Shown: piece after piece, positions 9,544-18,652 of the stretch
Position numbering within the stretch: position 1 is the stretch's first letter
Layout: every line of letters begins with the position of its first letter
Assembly: GCF_008000775.2 (NCBI RefSeq)
Contig: NZ_CP042905.2
Span: forward strand, 1,590,001-1,622,000
Direction: 5' to 3'
DNA: 32,000 bases
DNA from: Promethearchaeum syntrophicum
GTDB taxonomy: Archaea > Asgardarchaeota > Lokiarchaeia > Sigyniarchaeales > Promethearchaeaceae
The notes under the pieces: generated by a model
The model's database searches: none
What the model saw: only the letters and a program-made list of their open reading frames with translations
Told to the model about the DNA's origin: nothing
Position numbers and translations under genes: made by a program

Positions 9544-9756
9544 TTAGTGTTGTTGTTGTCTTCGGTTATGCTTTTGGGCATTTATAGAGTTTGCTTGACC
9601 AGCATAACGATGACGAACTACACGTTTTTGATATAATACTTGATTTCTAATTCTTGGAATTCTTTTTGATCGTGAATTTACTCCAGTTCTAGGAACTTTT
9701 GGAGTCAATTGTCTAACTTTTCCTGCTTTGGTTAAACTACCGTGTGAACCTGGCAT
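9544..9756 (-). CDS. rps30e: Small ribosomal subunit protein eS30
   Basis: 70 aa. MPGSHGSLTKAGKVRQLTPKVPRT...RNQVLYQKRVVRHR matches the eS30/FAU pattern HGSLARAGKVRGQTPKV...RxQYNRRFV. Confidence 0.9.
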   Translation of the reverse strand: MPGSHGSLTKAGKVRQLTPKVPRTGVNSRSKRIPRIRNQVLYQKRVVRHRYAGQANSINAQKHNRRQQQH

Positions 9757-9817
9757 TTTTAATTTATTTCTCCTGTTGATATTTAGTATGAATTAAAAAT
9801 CAAAAAGTTAGGAATCA

Positions 9818-9890
9818 TAGCCTCTCAAGGATTCGAACCTTGGTCAGCGGGGTCAAGGCCCGCGATGCTTGGCCACTACACTAAGAGGCT
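9818..9890 (-). tRNA. tRNA, read as Gln (anticodon TTG)
   Basis: Reverse complement AGCCTCT TA GTG..CAT C GCGGG CCTTGAC CCCGC TGAC CAAGG TTCGAAT CCTTG AGAGGCT A folds as a cloverleaf: 7-bp acceptor stem, 5-bp anticodon stem, 5-bp T stem with TTCGAAT loop. A1-U72 fits archaeal tRNA-Gln. CCA is not encoded. Position 33 is C, not U. Confidence 0.85.
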
Positions 9891-10090
9891 TTTCATAGTA
9901 ACTTTTTAATATAATTCTTGAAGTATAAAAAGTATCAATTTTAAAAAAGTTTACGTAAATAATATCAGTTGTGAATTAAGATGTCGGTTCTAGACTTCCA
10001 AGGTTATTGGGACTATAATATGAAATTGAATCATTGTAAAAATGAATAGTTTAAAATGTACTGCCAAAAAATGAGAGAAAAAGATAGAAA

Positions 10091-10732
10091 TTAGAAGTTG
10101 AATTTTGATTTCCATTTTTCCTTAAATTTCTGATCACTTTCCGAATTTCTGACTTCATCAGGTAACATTTGAGGAATTGTCTCAAATACGGGGAACCAAC
10201 GATTGCATTTGGGACATTTAATTACTGCTTCATCAATTTCTATATTATATTTGAATAAGTTTAAAAATTCTAAATCTGGGATAATTGATTCATAAATTTT
10301 CAAAATTTCGTCTGAATCTGCTTTAGTGTTATTGGCTTTACTCAATTTGTTTATTTTTCTCAAAGCCTGTTCTAAATTTTCTTTAATGGTTTCTTTACAA
10401 ATTTTTATCGCGATTTCACCTTTCCATTGTGATAAATCATGGACCAAATCAAGTTCTACTAACTTAATATTCAATTCTTGTAGATATACATTAATGGGGG
10501 TGGGTTTTAAAACAAGAAAATCATTAATATAGAGAATATTATCGTCTCGAATTTCTAAATGTAACGGTGTTTCTGATTTTGGTGGTAATACTTGTTTATT
10601 TTTATACATTTCGATGAGTTGATTAATTCTATCATCGATATTTTCCTCATCTTTCCATTTGAATATTGTTAATTCTAAAGGATATGATTTATCAATAGGA
10701 CATGCAAGGATTTCGAGAAGCCAAAGTTTCAT
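10091..10732 (-). CDS. Trm112-like zinc-binding protein with central insertion
   Basis: From the internal ATG at 10732: MKLWLLEILACPIDKSYPLELTIFKW ... AVIKCPKCNRWFPVFETIPQMLPDEVR, the Trm112 N-terminal and CxxC/IPxMLP pattern. The ORF track extends to 10786. Confidence 0.72.
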   Translation of the reverse strand: MKLWLLEILACPIDKSYPLELTIFKWKDEENIDDRINQLIEMYKNKQVLPPKSETPLHLEIRDDNILYINDFLVLKPTPINVYLQELNIKLVELDLVHDLSQWKGEIAIKICKETIKENLEQALRKINKLSKANNTKADSDEILKIYESIIPDLEFLNLFKYNIEIDEAVIKCPKCNRWFPVFETIPQMLPDEVRNSESDQKFKEKWKSKFNF

Positions 10733-10864
10733 TAATAAAGAAAAAAGGGAATTCCTCAAAAATTTTGTGTTATAGGAAAAAATCAAATCAAATTTTGGTT
10801 TAATTTTAAAGAAATTATTAGGAAGAAAAGGAAAAAAAGAAATAGAAATTGACTTATAGTTTTA

Positions 10865-12688
10865 TTAAATGATATAAGCTCGTAGTTCATTAATGTATCG
10901 GTCAATTTTATTCTGAGAAGAAGCCAATTGTTTAATCATATCACTTGATAACCTTTCATAAGCCGCTTTAGAAGGTAGTTTCCCTCTTTTGTAGCGATCT
11001 TTTAGAAGCTTTACGCTATCTTTAACAGATATTTTTTCAGCTTCCAAAAAATCTAGTTTTTGAATAATAGATTGAATTTGACCTCCAGTTTCAATCAAAA
11101 TTCTCTTGAATGGTATAGATTCCTCATTGAGTTCTTTCAATTTATTTTGATAGTTTTTCACAGTTTTTGTGTATACTTTCTTTTGAATACGTTTTCGTCG
11201 CAAATCGCTATCAGCTTTTTCAATATCAAGCAAAATGGCGTTCTTTTCTTCGATTAGAGTGACAAATCGTGTTAATTCCCTGATTGGAACTGACTGTTCA
11301 ATAAAACTTTCTTCGCCCTCTTCGTAATCTTTTCGTTGTTTACGTAAAACAACATAAAGTCCAAATACCATTATAAAAAGCAATGTAAAAATGGTAGCCC
11401 TGCTGATTAACGATGTAAATTTGGTTGAATATGTTATATCAAATAAAACACTGTGATAAGATGTGATTTGGGTATTCAAACGTTCTAATATAATCCCAGA
11501 AGAAGATTGAATTAATTGTGATTCTGGAAAATTCACTCGATCGATTGAAGAAGCACCTAATATTTCAATTTTAATTTTCTGACTTTCAATTATATAATTC
11601 ATGTGGGTTGGGTATAGATCTATTCGTAAATTCTTTGTTCCAAGATTGTTTGTTATATATTCATCATAGGGTAGAGAATATTGTATTTGATAGACCATTG
11701 TGGCATCATATGCTAAAGGCACTCGATTTATTCCTAAATTAATTGTAATAACCTTTCTTCCATATTCATTGAGGTTTGGATTTTCTCCAATCCCGGTTAT
11801 TTCTCCAATAGAATCAGACATTGAAAAATTCAAAGCATCGTGTGGGACTTCAAATTCCAGAGTTGGCGCTATTGCACTTGCATAATTTTTAATCACATGG
11901 TTTTCTGTTACTAGGATATATCCCCAAGGATTGATTCTAATTGTTCGATCTAATTGCAACATACGCAAATATGAAATATAAAAATTCTTATATAAAAAAT
12001 TTCGAGTTTTAGTTTCAAAAGGGGAAATATCTATTCCTTCGAAAACATTATCAGTACCCTCAGTATAACTAACATATTCATCCGGAAAAAATGGATCAAT
12101 CGAAACATCTGTTGAGTCGCTAGGGACATAGGTTGAAATTGTATATGCTTTTATTTCATATGGAGTAATAGGGAATATTTCTAAATCTAAACCCCACCAT
12201 ATGCCTCCTGGTAGATGATAAGTAAAATTTGTATTAAATACGGATTTTAAATTGACCGTAACAAATGAAAATGGTAAGAGAGGTTGATTTAACGTAATTT
12301 CAAGAATATATGACCCGTTTATTTTTCCATCTAATAGTTTACTAGATAAGGGGCTTAAATTTTCATCATTTGTTTCATAATAGAGGAGGTAATTCATATC
12401 CATATCGCTAAACCCGATATATACACTTGCTAACGAACTAGAACGGTTATTTAAAAATTCAAATTTATTCTCAATAATAACATACGCATTATCATTAATT
12501 TCAATAGAACGATTTAATTTTGTGATGTAAACATTTTCAAAAGAGCTTCCTTCCATCGGAGTACTGGAAATAGGAGTTTGTGGAGATTCACTTAGCGATA
12601 CACTCCCATTGAAAAATATTGGAAGTAATAAAAGAGAAAATAGAACACTATAACCAATGTATTTCTGTATTATTTTTATTCGTGACAT
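10865..12688 (-). CDS. Ribophorin I / OST1-like secreted-domain membrane protein
   Basis: 607 aa. Signal peptide; two successive ribophorin-like repeats (ITKLNRSIEINDNAYVIIENKFEFLNN and QLDRTIRINPWGYILVTENHVIKNYA); SIGEITG...VITINLGINRVPLAYDATMVYQIQYSLPYDEYI; then one TM and a coiled-coil-like basic cytoplasmic tail. Confidence 0.7.
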   Translation of the reverse strand: MSRIKIIQKYIGYSVLFSLLLLPIFFNGSVSLSESPQTPISSTPMEGSSFENVYITKLNRSIEINDNAYVIIENKFEFLNNRSSSLASVYIGFSDMDMNYLLYYETNDENLSPLSSKLLDGKINGSYILEITLNQPLLPFSFVTVNLKSVFNTNFTYHLPGGIWWGLDLEIFPITPYEIKAYTISTYVPSDSTDVSIDPFFPDEYVSYTEGTDNVFEGIDISPFETKTRNFLYKNFYISYLRMLQLDRTIRINPWGYILVTENHVIKNYASAIAPTLEFEVPHDALNFSMSDSIGEITGIGENPNLNEYGRKVITINLGINRVPLAYDATMVYQIQYSLPYDEYITNNLGTKNLRIDLYPTHMNYIIESQKIKIEILGASSIDRVNFPESQLIQSSSGIILERLNTQITSYHSVLFDITYSTKFTSLISRATIFTLLFIMVFGLYVVLRKQRKDYEEGEESFIEQSVPIRELTRFVTLIEEKNAILLDIEKADSDLRRKRIQKKVYTKTVKNYQNKLKELNEESIPFKRILIETGGQIQSIIQKLDFLEAEKISVKDSVKLLKDRYKRGKLPSKAAYERLSSDMIKQLASSQNKIDRYINELRAYII

Positions 12689-12824
12689 ACTTAATGACCT
12701 TTTCTTCTGCAGAATTCTTAACTGAAAAATATAGTCCTTGATATATTTAGTATATGGTGCAATTTTTTTTTTGTAAGAAAAAACAAACTTTTTTTTTCTT
12801 CATTAACTAAAAAAACCAATTAAA

Positions 12825-13034
12825 ATGTCTCAAAGAAAAAAAAGTGCTAGACAAAAAAAAAGATCCTCAGATACCCCTATGCCATCAGGAGGAGCTGGAC
12901 TCATCAGATTTTATCAAGATCAGAGTAACGGGATAAAAGTTTCTGCGATAACCGCTATTGTATTTTCCATCCTCTTAATAGTTGTTGTAATTATCGCTCA
13001 AGTTGGTTGGTTAGAATGGTTGCTGGGTAGCTGA
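12825..13034 (+). CDS. Preprotein translocase subunit Sec61-beta (archaeal SecG)
   Basis: 69 aa. MPSGGAGLIRFYQDQSNGIKVSAITAIVFSILLIVVVIIAQ: the conserved P-S-G-G-AGLIRF...GIKV motif plus a single TM. Confidence 0.92.
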   Translation: MSQRKKSARQKKRSSDTPMPSGGAGLIRFYQDQSNGIKVSAITAIVFSILLIVVVIIAQVGWLEWLLGS

Positions 13035-13107
13035 AGCTAACCTTTAAATAGATCATTTTGAAATGTGATTATAACATAAATTATATTTCTCAAATCCACT
13101 AAAGAAC

Positions 13108-13144
13108 GTAGTTTGGCCGACAGCTTGCTTGATGGGCCAGCTAC
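13108..13144 (+). other. GC-rich hairpin, possible structured RNA or 3' UTR element
   Basis: GTAG TT TGGCC-GACAGCTTGCTTGATG-GGCCA G CTAC forms two stacked stems in an AT-rich intergenic region, followed by AGAG and later a T-rich run. Confidence 0.3.
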
Positions 13145-13204
13145 AGAGTAAAAAAAAATCAAAATCTTCTTTTTTTATATCCATCGAATAGCTTCTTTTT
13201 AATA

Positions 13205-15049
13205 TCACCTTACATCTTCATCTAAAATATCTTGGTCATATTTCTTTCTTTTCTGCTCAAGATATGTTGGAATCGGAACATCCCACCACCCCCAAGCTGG
13301 ACTCCCAGAATGATTTGGACTTCTATTTGTAATAATTTCAATAACTGCTGGACCTGATTGGTTAAATGCTTCTTTTAAGGTTTCTTGGATTTCATCATTC
13401 TTTGAGATACGCTTACTCCAACATCCAAACCCTTTTGCAATATCTGTAAAATTTGGAGTATAAACCTTTCCTTCGGAGTCGCGAAATTCTGTTGCATATC
13501 CTCGTTCTTTTCCATAGACTGCACGTTGAAGGTCCGTTATTGCAAACCATCCCGAGTTATTTAGAATAACTATAACAATATTTAAACCCAATTGTTTTGC
13601 TGTATGCAATTCTTGCATTGTCATCATGAAATCGCCGTCTCCAACCAACCCAACTACTTGTTTATTTGGTTTACCTAGTTTGGCTCCAATTGCTGCAGGA
13701 AGTGTATATCCCATTGTAGAAAATCCACCTGCGGTAATACACGTGTGAGGTTCATAAAATTCAATTTCTTGAATCATTTGTGCTTGTACGTTCCCCGAGC
13801 TAGTTACGATTATTGCATCTCGATCTAGGAATGATCGAACTTCTTTAAGAACACATGAGATCATAACTGGTTCTTGCTTTGGATCTGCCCATTTCTCCAA
13901 AAAAATTTTCCAATTAGATCGAAGAGTTTGTATCTCTTTAAAATATTCTGCATTTTGGTAATCCATCTTTTCATAATTTTGATTTAGTTCAGATAATAAA
14001 TCAATAAGAACTGATTTGGCATCACCAATAATACCAATATCCACGGGATAATTTTTTCCAATTTCATGTGCATCTATATCAACATGTATCAATCGCGTGT
14101 CTTTCTCATCAGTTCCAAAATTCCATGCAACTCCCTTTTTATATGAGCAAGTAGATTCGTCAGCAAATCGAGTTCCCAATGCAATAACCACATCGGCATT
14201 TTTACTTAATTCGATACCACATTTTGTTCCTTTTGATCCAGTTGCCCATCCATAGAGAGGGTGATTATTAGGAAATGCATCTTTTGCCATCATGGTTGTT
14301 AAAACTGGTGCCCCAATGAATTCAGCAAGTTTGATAATTTCTCTTTCTGCATTTGAGGAAATAACACCTCCACCGATCCATATCAATGGTCTTAAAGCAC
14401 GAGTTAGCATTTTTGCGGCATCTTTAATTAAATTGAAGTCACCTCGTTGTATTGCCATCGTTTTTCTCTTAAGAGGGGAAGGTAACGCAAGATCAGATTG
14501 TACACATTGAATATCCATAGGTAAATCAATATGAACGGGACCTTTTCTACCAGTTAACATAATATTGAATGCTCTCTGCATGATTTTAGGTAATTGATTT
14601 ACATTAGCCACTTCAAATTGTCTTTTAACTATAGGTTTAAGGATATCAGGTAAATTACTATCTTTTTTTCTTTCAATTTCTTGTAAAACTCCTACACCAC
14701 GCATATGAACATGAGTATCCCCAGTGATAACTAAAACAGGCATTGAATCCACATAAGCATCTGCTAATCCAATTGCGGTGTTTATTGCACCAGGACCTAT
14801 GCTTGTAAAAACTACTAAGGGTTTTCCAGTTACTCTATAATATCCCACAGCCATATGTACGCCTGCCATTTCTTGTTTTGGTTGAATGACTTTTATTTTG
14901 TCTTTTCGCGTATAAAATGCATCAGTTAACCCTAAACAACCATGTCCAGGAATTCCAAAAACATATGGTATTTTCTCAGCTATTAAATAATCTACAATTA
15001 TTTGTCCTCCCGTTCTGAGCGTATTTGAATGGATGGTCATATTAATCAT
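13205..15049 (-). CDS. Acetolactate synthase large-subunit-like thiamine-pyrophosphate enzyme
   Basis: 614 aa. VFGIPGHGCLGLTDAFY, QEMAGVHMAVGYYR (catalytic Glu kept), GPGAINTAIGLADAYVDSMPVLVITGD, TPP-binding GDGDFMMTMQELHTAKQLGLNIVIVILNN. Confidence 0.85.
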   Translation of the reverse strand: MINMTIHSNTLRTGGQIIVDYLIAEKIPYVFGIPGHGCLGLTDAFYTRKDKIKVIQPKQEMAGVHMAVGYYRVTGKPLVVFTSIGPGAINTAIGLADAYVDSMPVLVITGDTHVHMRGVGVLQEIERKKDSNLPDILKPIVKRQFEVANVNQLPKIMQRAFNIMLTGRKGPVHIDLPMDIQCVQSDLALPSPLKRKTMAIQRGDFNLIKDAAKMLTRALRPLIWIGGGVISSNAEREIIKLAEFIGAPVLTTMMAKDAFPNNHPLYGWATGSKGTKCGIELSKNADVVIALGTRFADESTCSYKKGVAWNFGTDEKDTRLIHVDIDAHEIGKNYPVDIGIIGDAKSVLIDLLSELNQNYEKMDYQNAEYFKEIQTLRSNWKIFLEKWADPKQEPVMISCVLKEVRSFLDRDAIIVTSSGNVQAQMIQEIEFYEPHTCITAGGFSTMGYTLPAAIGAKLGKPNKQVVGLVGDGDFMMTMQELHTAKQLGLNIVIVILNNSGWFAITDLQRAVYGKERGYATEFRDSEGKVYTPNFTDIAKGFGCWSKRISKNDEIQETLKEAFNQSGPAVIEIITNRSPNHSGSPAWGWWDVPIPTYLEQKRKKYDQDILDEDVR

Positions 15050-15119
15050 TTGAAATTTGGTATGAAAATTTTTAATTCTTTTGTTTCAATTTGAATAATA
15101 TTAGATATTTTGGGGTAAA

Positions 15120-15764
15120 ATGAAAGAAATGGAAATACTAATTTGGATAATATCAATTGTCTTTATTACTCATCTTTTAAATTTACGCTATAACTTCTTA
15201 AAAACAGTGATTACAAAAAGTTTTATAATGATTTTAATCATTGGATTATCTCTATGCGCAAATATTGACAAAATGTTCCCTTTATACGGTATTTTTATTA
15301 GTATTGCACTTATCTTCAGTTTAGCAGGAGATATTTTTTTGGTTGTTGATGGAAATAAATTTTTCCTTCATGGACTTCTTTCATTTGTTCTCGCACATTT
15401 ATTTTATATTATTTCTTTTTTGGTTTTTAACACACCAATTGGAATTATTTCGGTTCAATTTATTGTTGCTTTAATTGTGATCTGCTTGTCAGCAGGAATT
15501 TTTTATAGTTTTTTTTATAAAAAACTTGGAAAAATGAAAATTCCCGTTCTAATCTATTTAATTATCATTGGGATAATGGCTTCTCTATCAATTAGAATAT
15601 CTTGGTTGGTTTTTGCTGGGGCTATTTCTTTTCTTGTATCAGATATGGAGTTAGCTCTAAATAAATTCTATAAACCAATTCCACACAAATCTATTTTTAA
15701 TAGTATTTTTTATTTTCCTGCTCAATTTATCTTTGCTTTAAGTATTTTCCTTCTGTTTAATTAG
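15120..15764 (+). CDS. YhhN/TMEM86 (lysoplasmalogenase-like) family membrane protein
   Basis: 214 aa polytopic protein with FSLAGDIFLVV...FLHGLLSFVLAHLFYIISFL and FAGAISFLVSDMELALNKF, the family's G-D ... G-x-x-x-F-x-x-A-H-x-x-Y ... S-D-x-x-L-A pattern. Confidence 0.7.
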   Translation: MKEMEILIWIISIVFITHLLNLRYNFLKTVITKSFIMILIIGLSLCANIDKMFPLYGIFISIALIFSLAGDIFLVVDGNKFFLHGLLSFVLAHLFYIISFLVFNTPIGIISVQFIVALIVICLSAGIFYSFFYKKLGKMKIPVLIYLIIIGIMASLSIRISWLVFAGAISFLVSDMELALNKFYKPIPHKSIFNSIFYFPAQFIFALSIFLLFN

Positions 15765-15777
15765 GTGAAAAATCAAA

Positions 15778-17457
15778 ATGTCAACAAATGACCCACTTAT
15801 GACTTATAAAAGGGCTTTGTATCACGGATGCGGATTTTCTAATGAAGATTTAAAACGTCCAAATATTGCCATAGCAAATTCTTTCAATGATGTTAATCCT
15901 GGACATATTCATCTTCGAGATTTAGCAAAATCGGTAAAATCTGGAATATTAAAAGCGGGTGGTCTACCTATGGAATTTAATACTATTGCTATCTGTGATG
16001 GTATTGCCAATAGTGGAAAGAATAGTAAATATGTACTTCCTTCAAGAGAAATTATAGCAATGAGTTTAGAAAGTATGGTTCAATCGCATGGATTTGATGG
16101 ATTAGTGTGTATTTGTTCATGTGATAAAATTATTCCTGGTATGATTATGGGTGCCATCAGATGTAATCTTCCTACAATCTTTTTAACAGGAGGTGTAATG
16201 GATCCTGCAGAAATAGATGGAATTGGAGTAAAAGTTACATCTGATATTAAGGAAGCAATTGGTGAATGGAAAGCGGGAAAAATTGATGATTTAACATTGG
16301 AAAGAATTGAAAATGAAACTTGTTGTTCTCCTGGAGCTTGTAATATGATGGGAACTGCTTGTACAATGGCTAGCATTGTAGAAGCTATGGGGCTTTCTCT
16401 TCCTAATTGTGCCATGACTCCTGCTATATCAGATGATCGAAAAGAAATCGCAAAACAAACTGGCTCTCGTGTATTGGAATTAGTTCGAAAAAAAATAACA
16501 ATTAAACAGATAATAAGTCATGAAGCATTAGAAAATGGGATTAGATTAGGTTTAGCGGTAGGAGGTTCGAGTAATATGGTGCTTCACATGGTAGCTATTG
16601 CTTATGAATTAGGAATCCCTTATTCCCATGATAATTTTGATCCACTTTCAAATTCTACTCCCTTATTGGCAAAATTCAAACCTGCTTCAAATCTAAATTT
16701 GAAGGATTATCACCTCGCCGGAGGGATTCCGGCTACTTTAAAGGAATTACTTCCATTATTACACAAGAAAGCTATAACTACTTCTGGTAAAACAATTGAA
16801 CAAATTGCAGAAAGCGCTCAAAATCATAACTTAGATGTAATACATCCCCTTTCCAACCCAATCAAGAATCATGGGGGATTGGCTGTTTTAAAAGGAAATC
16901 TTGCACCTGAGGGGTGTATCGTTAAAGAATCTGCAGTTTATAATAAAATGTTAAAACATTCGGGACCCGCGAAAGTATTTGAGAGTGAAGAAGCTGTTAA
17001 AGATGCTTTAATGAATAATAAAGTAAAACCTGGTGATATTTTAGTGATCCGTTATGAAGGGCCTAAGGGATCTCCTGGGATGCGCGAAATGTCTATTCCT
17101 GCAGCAATTCTAGTTGGGATGGGTTTAGGGGATTCAGTGGCAATGATTACCGATGGGAGATATAGCGGAGCAAGTAGAGGCCCTTGCATCGGGCATGTCT
17201 GTCCAGAAGCTTATGAATGTGGTCCAATAGCACTTGTAGAAAATGAGGACATTATTGAAATTGACATTCCAAATAGAAAATTAAGTTTATTAGTGGATGA
17301 AAAAATTCTTGATGAAAGAAAACTTAAGTGGAAACGCCCAAAATTAAAATTTGACCATGGAATTTTAGGGTTGTATCCGAAATTAGTTTCGAGTGCAAAA
17401 TATGGTGCAGTTTTAAATCTAAAGGATAAAAATCATAAAAAAGATGAAGAGTTTTAA
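15778..17457 (+). CDS. IlvD/Edd family dehydratase (dihydroxy-acid dehydratase-like, divergent)
   Basis: 559 aa. [78 protein letters not shown]. Confidence 0.85.
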   Translation: MSTNDPLMTYKRALYHGCGFSNEDLKRPNIAIANSFNDVNPGHIHLRDLAKSVKSGILKAGGLPMEFNTIAICDGIANSGKNSKYVLPSREIIAMSLESMVQSHGFDGLVCICSCDKIIPGMIMGAIRCNLPTIFLTGGVMDPAEIDGIGVKVTSDIKEAIGEWKAGKIDDLTLERIENETCCSPGACNMMGTACTMASIVEAMGLSLPNCAMTPAISDDRKEIAKQTGSRVLELVRKKITIKQIISHEALENGIRLGLAVGGSSNMVLHMVAIAYELGIPYSHDNFDPLSNSTPLLAKFKPASNLNLKDYHLAGGIPATLKELLPLLHKKAITTSGKTIEQIAESAQNHNLDVIHPLSNPIKNHGGLAVLKGNLAPEGCIVKESAVYNKMLKHSGPAKVFESEEAVKDALMNNKVKPGDILVIRYEGPKGSPGMREMSIPAAILVGMGLGDSVAMITDGRYSGASRGPCIGHVCPEAYECGPIALVENEDIIEIDIPNRKLSLLVDEKILDERKLKWKRPKLKFDHGILGLYPKLVSSAKYGAVLNLKDKNHKKDEEF

Positions 17458-18578
17458 GGTTTATCTTCAATATCCTTAACCTTGATCTCTCTATAATTAT
17501 TTCTTAAAGATCGAACTATCGCCAAAGAAATTTGTAAAATATAGCGTGCTTCTATTGGATTCACTTCCGGTTGTCTATCTTCTCGGATAGCTTCAATAAA
17601 TTCTCGAGAACAATTTACAAATGAATTGGCCCAATCAGTATTAACATTTAGATCTGAATGCCATTTACCTTCTTTATCAATCCAATGAATCCCTGCTTTT
17701 CCTGGAGCAGAATTATCACAATTTTCATATAAACTTCCAGTACATCCCGGCATGTATATTGCACCATAGTCCCCATATATAGTTAAATATTCATCACAAC
17801 CATAATATTTGGATTGCATAGGAAAGAATTTATGCATGCTTATACTCCAAGTAGCCATATGGGATTTATCTTTAAAAGTATAAATTATGTTAGCGGGGAT
17901 GTCCCAATCAAGAACGTTGAATACCTTTGTCTTTCCTTGCCAAGCAATTACTGATTTTACCGGTTCGTCAAAAAAATGAGCAATTATACTATGTTTGTGA
18001 TATCCATCATCAAAAATTGTCGGTAGTTTATAATTTCCTTTTTCCGTAAGTCTCCATTGCCATGATTTTAGAGGGACATCCCATGCTGAAAGTGATTTTT
18101 CGGCACTAAGCATTTGATAGTCTATTTTTACTGGCTTTCCTATAACATTTTGTTTAATTAATCCTTTGGCTTTCATGTAGGGTTCATAAAATCGGAAATT
18201 TTCAAAAATTCTGAATTTCAATTCGGTGTTTTTTGAAACCTCAATCATTTTATCCATATCTGAAAGTGTTAAAGCTGGAATCTTCTGGAGCGAAACATGT
18301 TTTCCCGCTCTGAATGCTTTTATTGTATGTTCTGTGTGTAAATGATGTGGTGTTAAGATTTCAACAGCATCAATTTTATTATTTTTTAAGAATTCATCTA
18401 CGTTCGAGTATGTTTGTTCAACATTGTATTCATCTGCAACTTGTTTGAGTCTTTTTTTATTCTTATCGCAAATTGCCACAATTTCAGCATTCATTTTATT
18501 CTCGGGTTTGTATGCTTGTAAATGTAATGTGCTTATTCTCCCTAAACCTAAGATTCCAACTCGAATTTTATCACCCAT
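17454..18578 (-). CDS. Gfo/Idh/MocA family NAD(P)-dependent oxidoreductase
   Basis: 374 aa. [20 protein letters not shown], Rossmann GxGxxx, then [43 protein letters not shown] (EKP-like position reads QKIP). Confidence 0.85.
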   Translation of the reverse strand: MGDKIRVGILGLGRISTLHLQAYKPENKMNAEIVAICDKNKKRLKQVADEYNVEQTYSNVDEFLKNNKIDAVEILTPHHLHTEHTIKAFRAGKHVSLQKIPALTLSDMDKMIEVSKNTELKFRIFENFRFYEPYMKAKGLIKQNVIGKPVKIDYQMLSAEKSLSAWDVPLKSWQWRLTEKGNYKLPTIFDDGYHKHSIIAHFFDEPVKSVIAWQGKTKVFNVLDWDIPANIIYTFKDKSHMATWSISMHKFFPMQSKYYGCDEYLTIYGDYGAIYMPGCTGSLYENCDNSAPGKAGIHWIDKEGKWHSDLNVNTDWANSFVNCSREFIEAIREDRQPEVNPIEARYILQISLAIVRSLRNNYREIKVKDIEDKP

Positions 18579-18652
18579 ATTAATCCACTTCTACTACTTT
18601 CTTTTTGAATTTTTCTAAATATATATATATACAACTTGAGAGCAGTAAAATT

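Noticed and set aside
9950-9959. Palindrome TTTACGTAAA
   Set aside because: Only 10 bp, expected by chance at this composition; no second copy noticed nearby.
16080-16415. Minus-strand ORF within ilvD-like gene
   Set aside because: Antisense shadow of a conserved enzyme.
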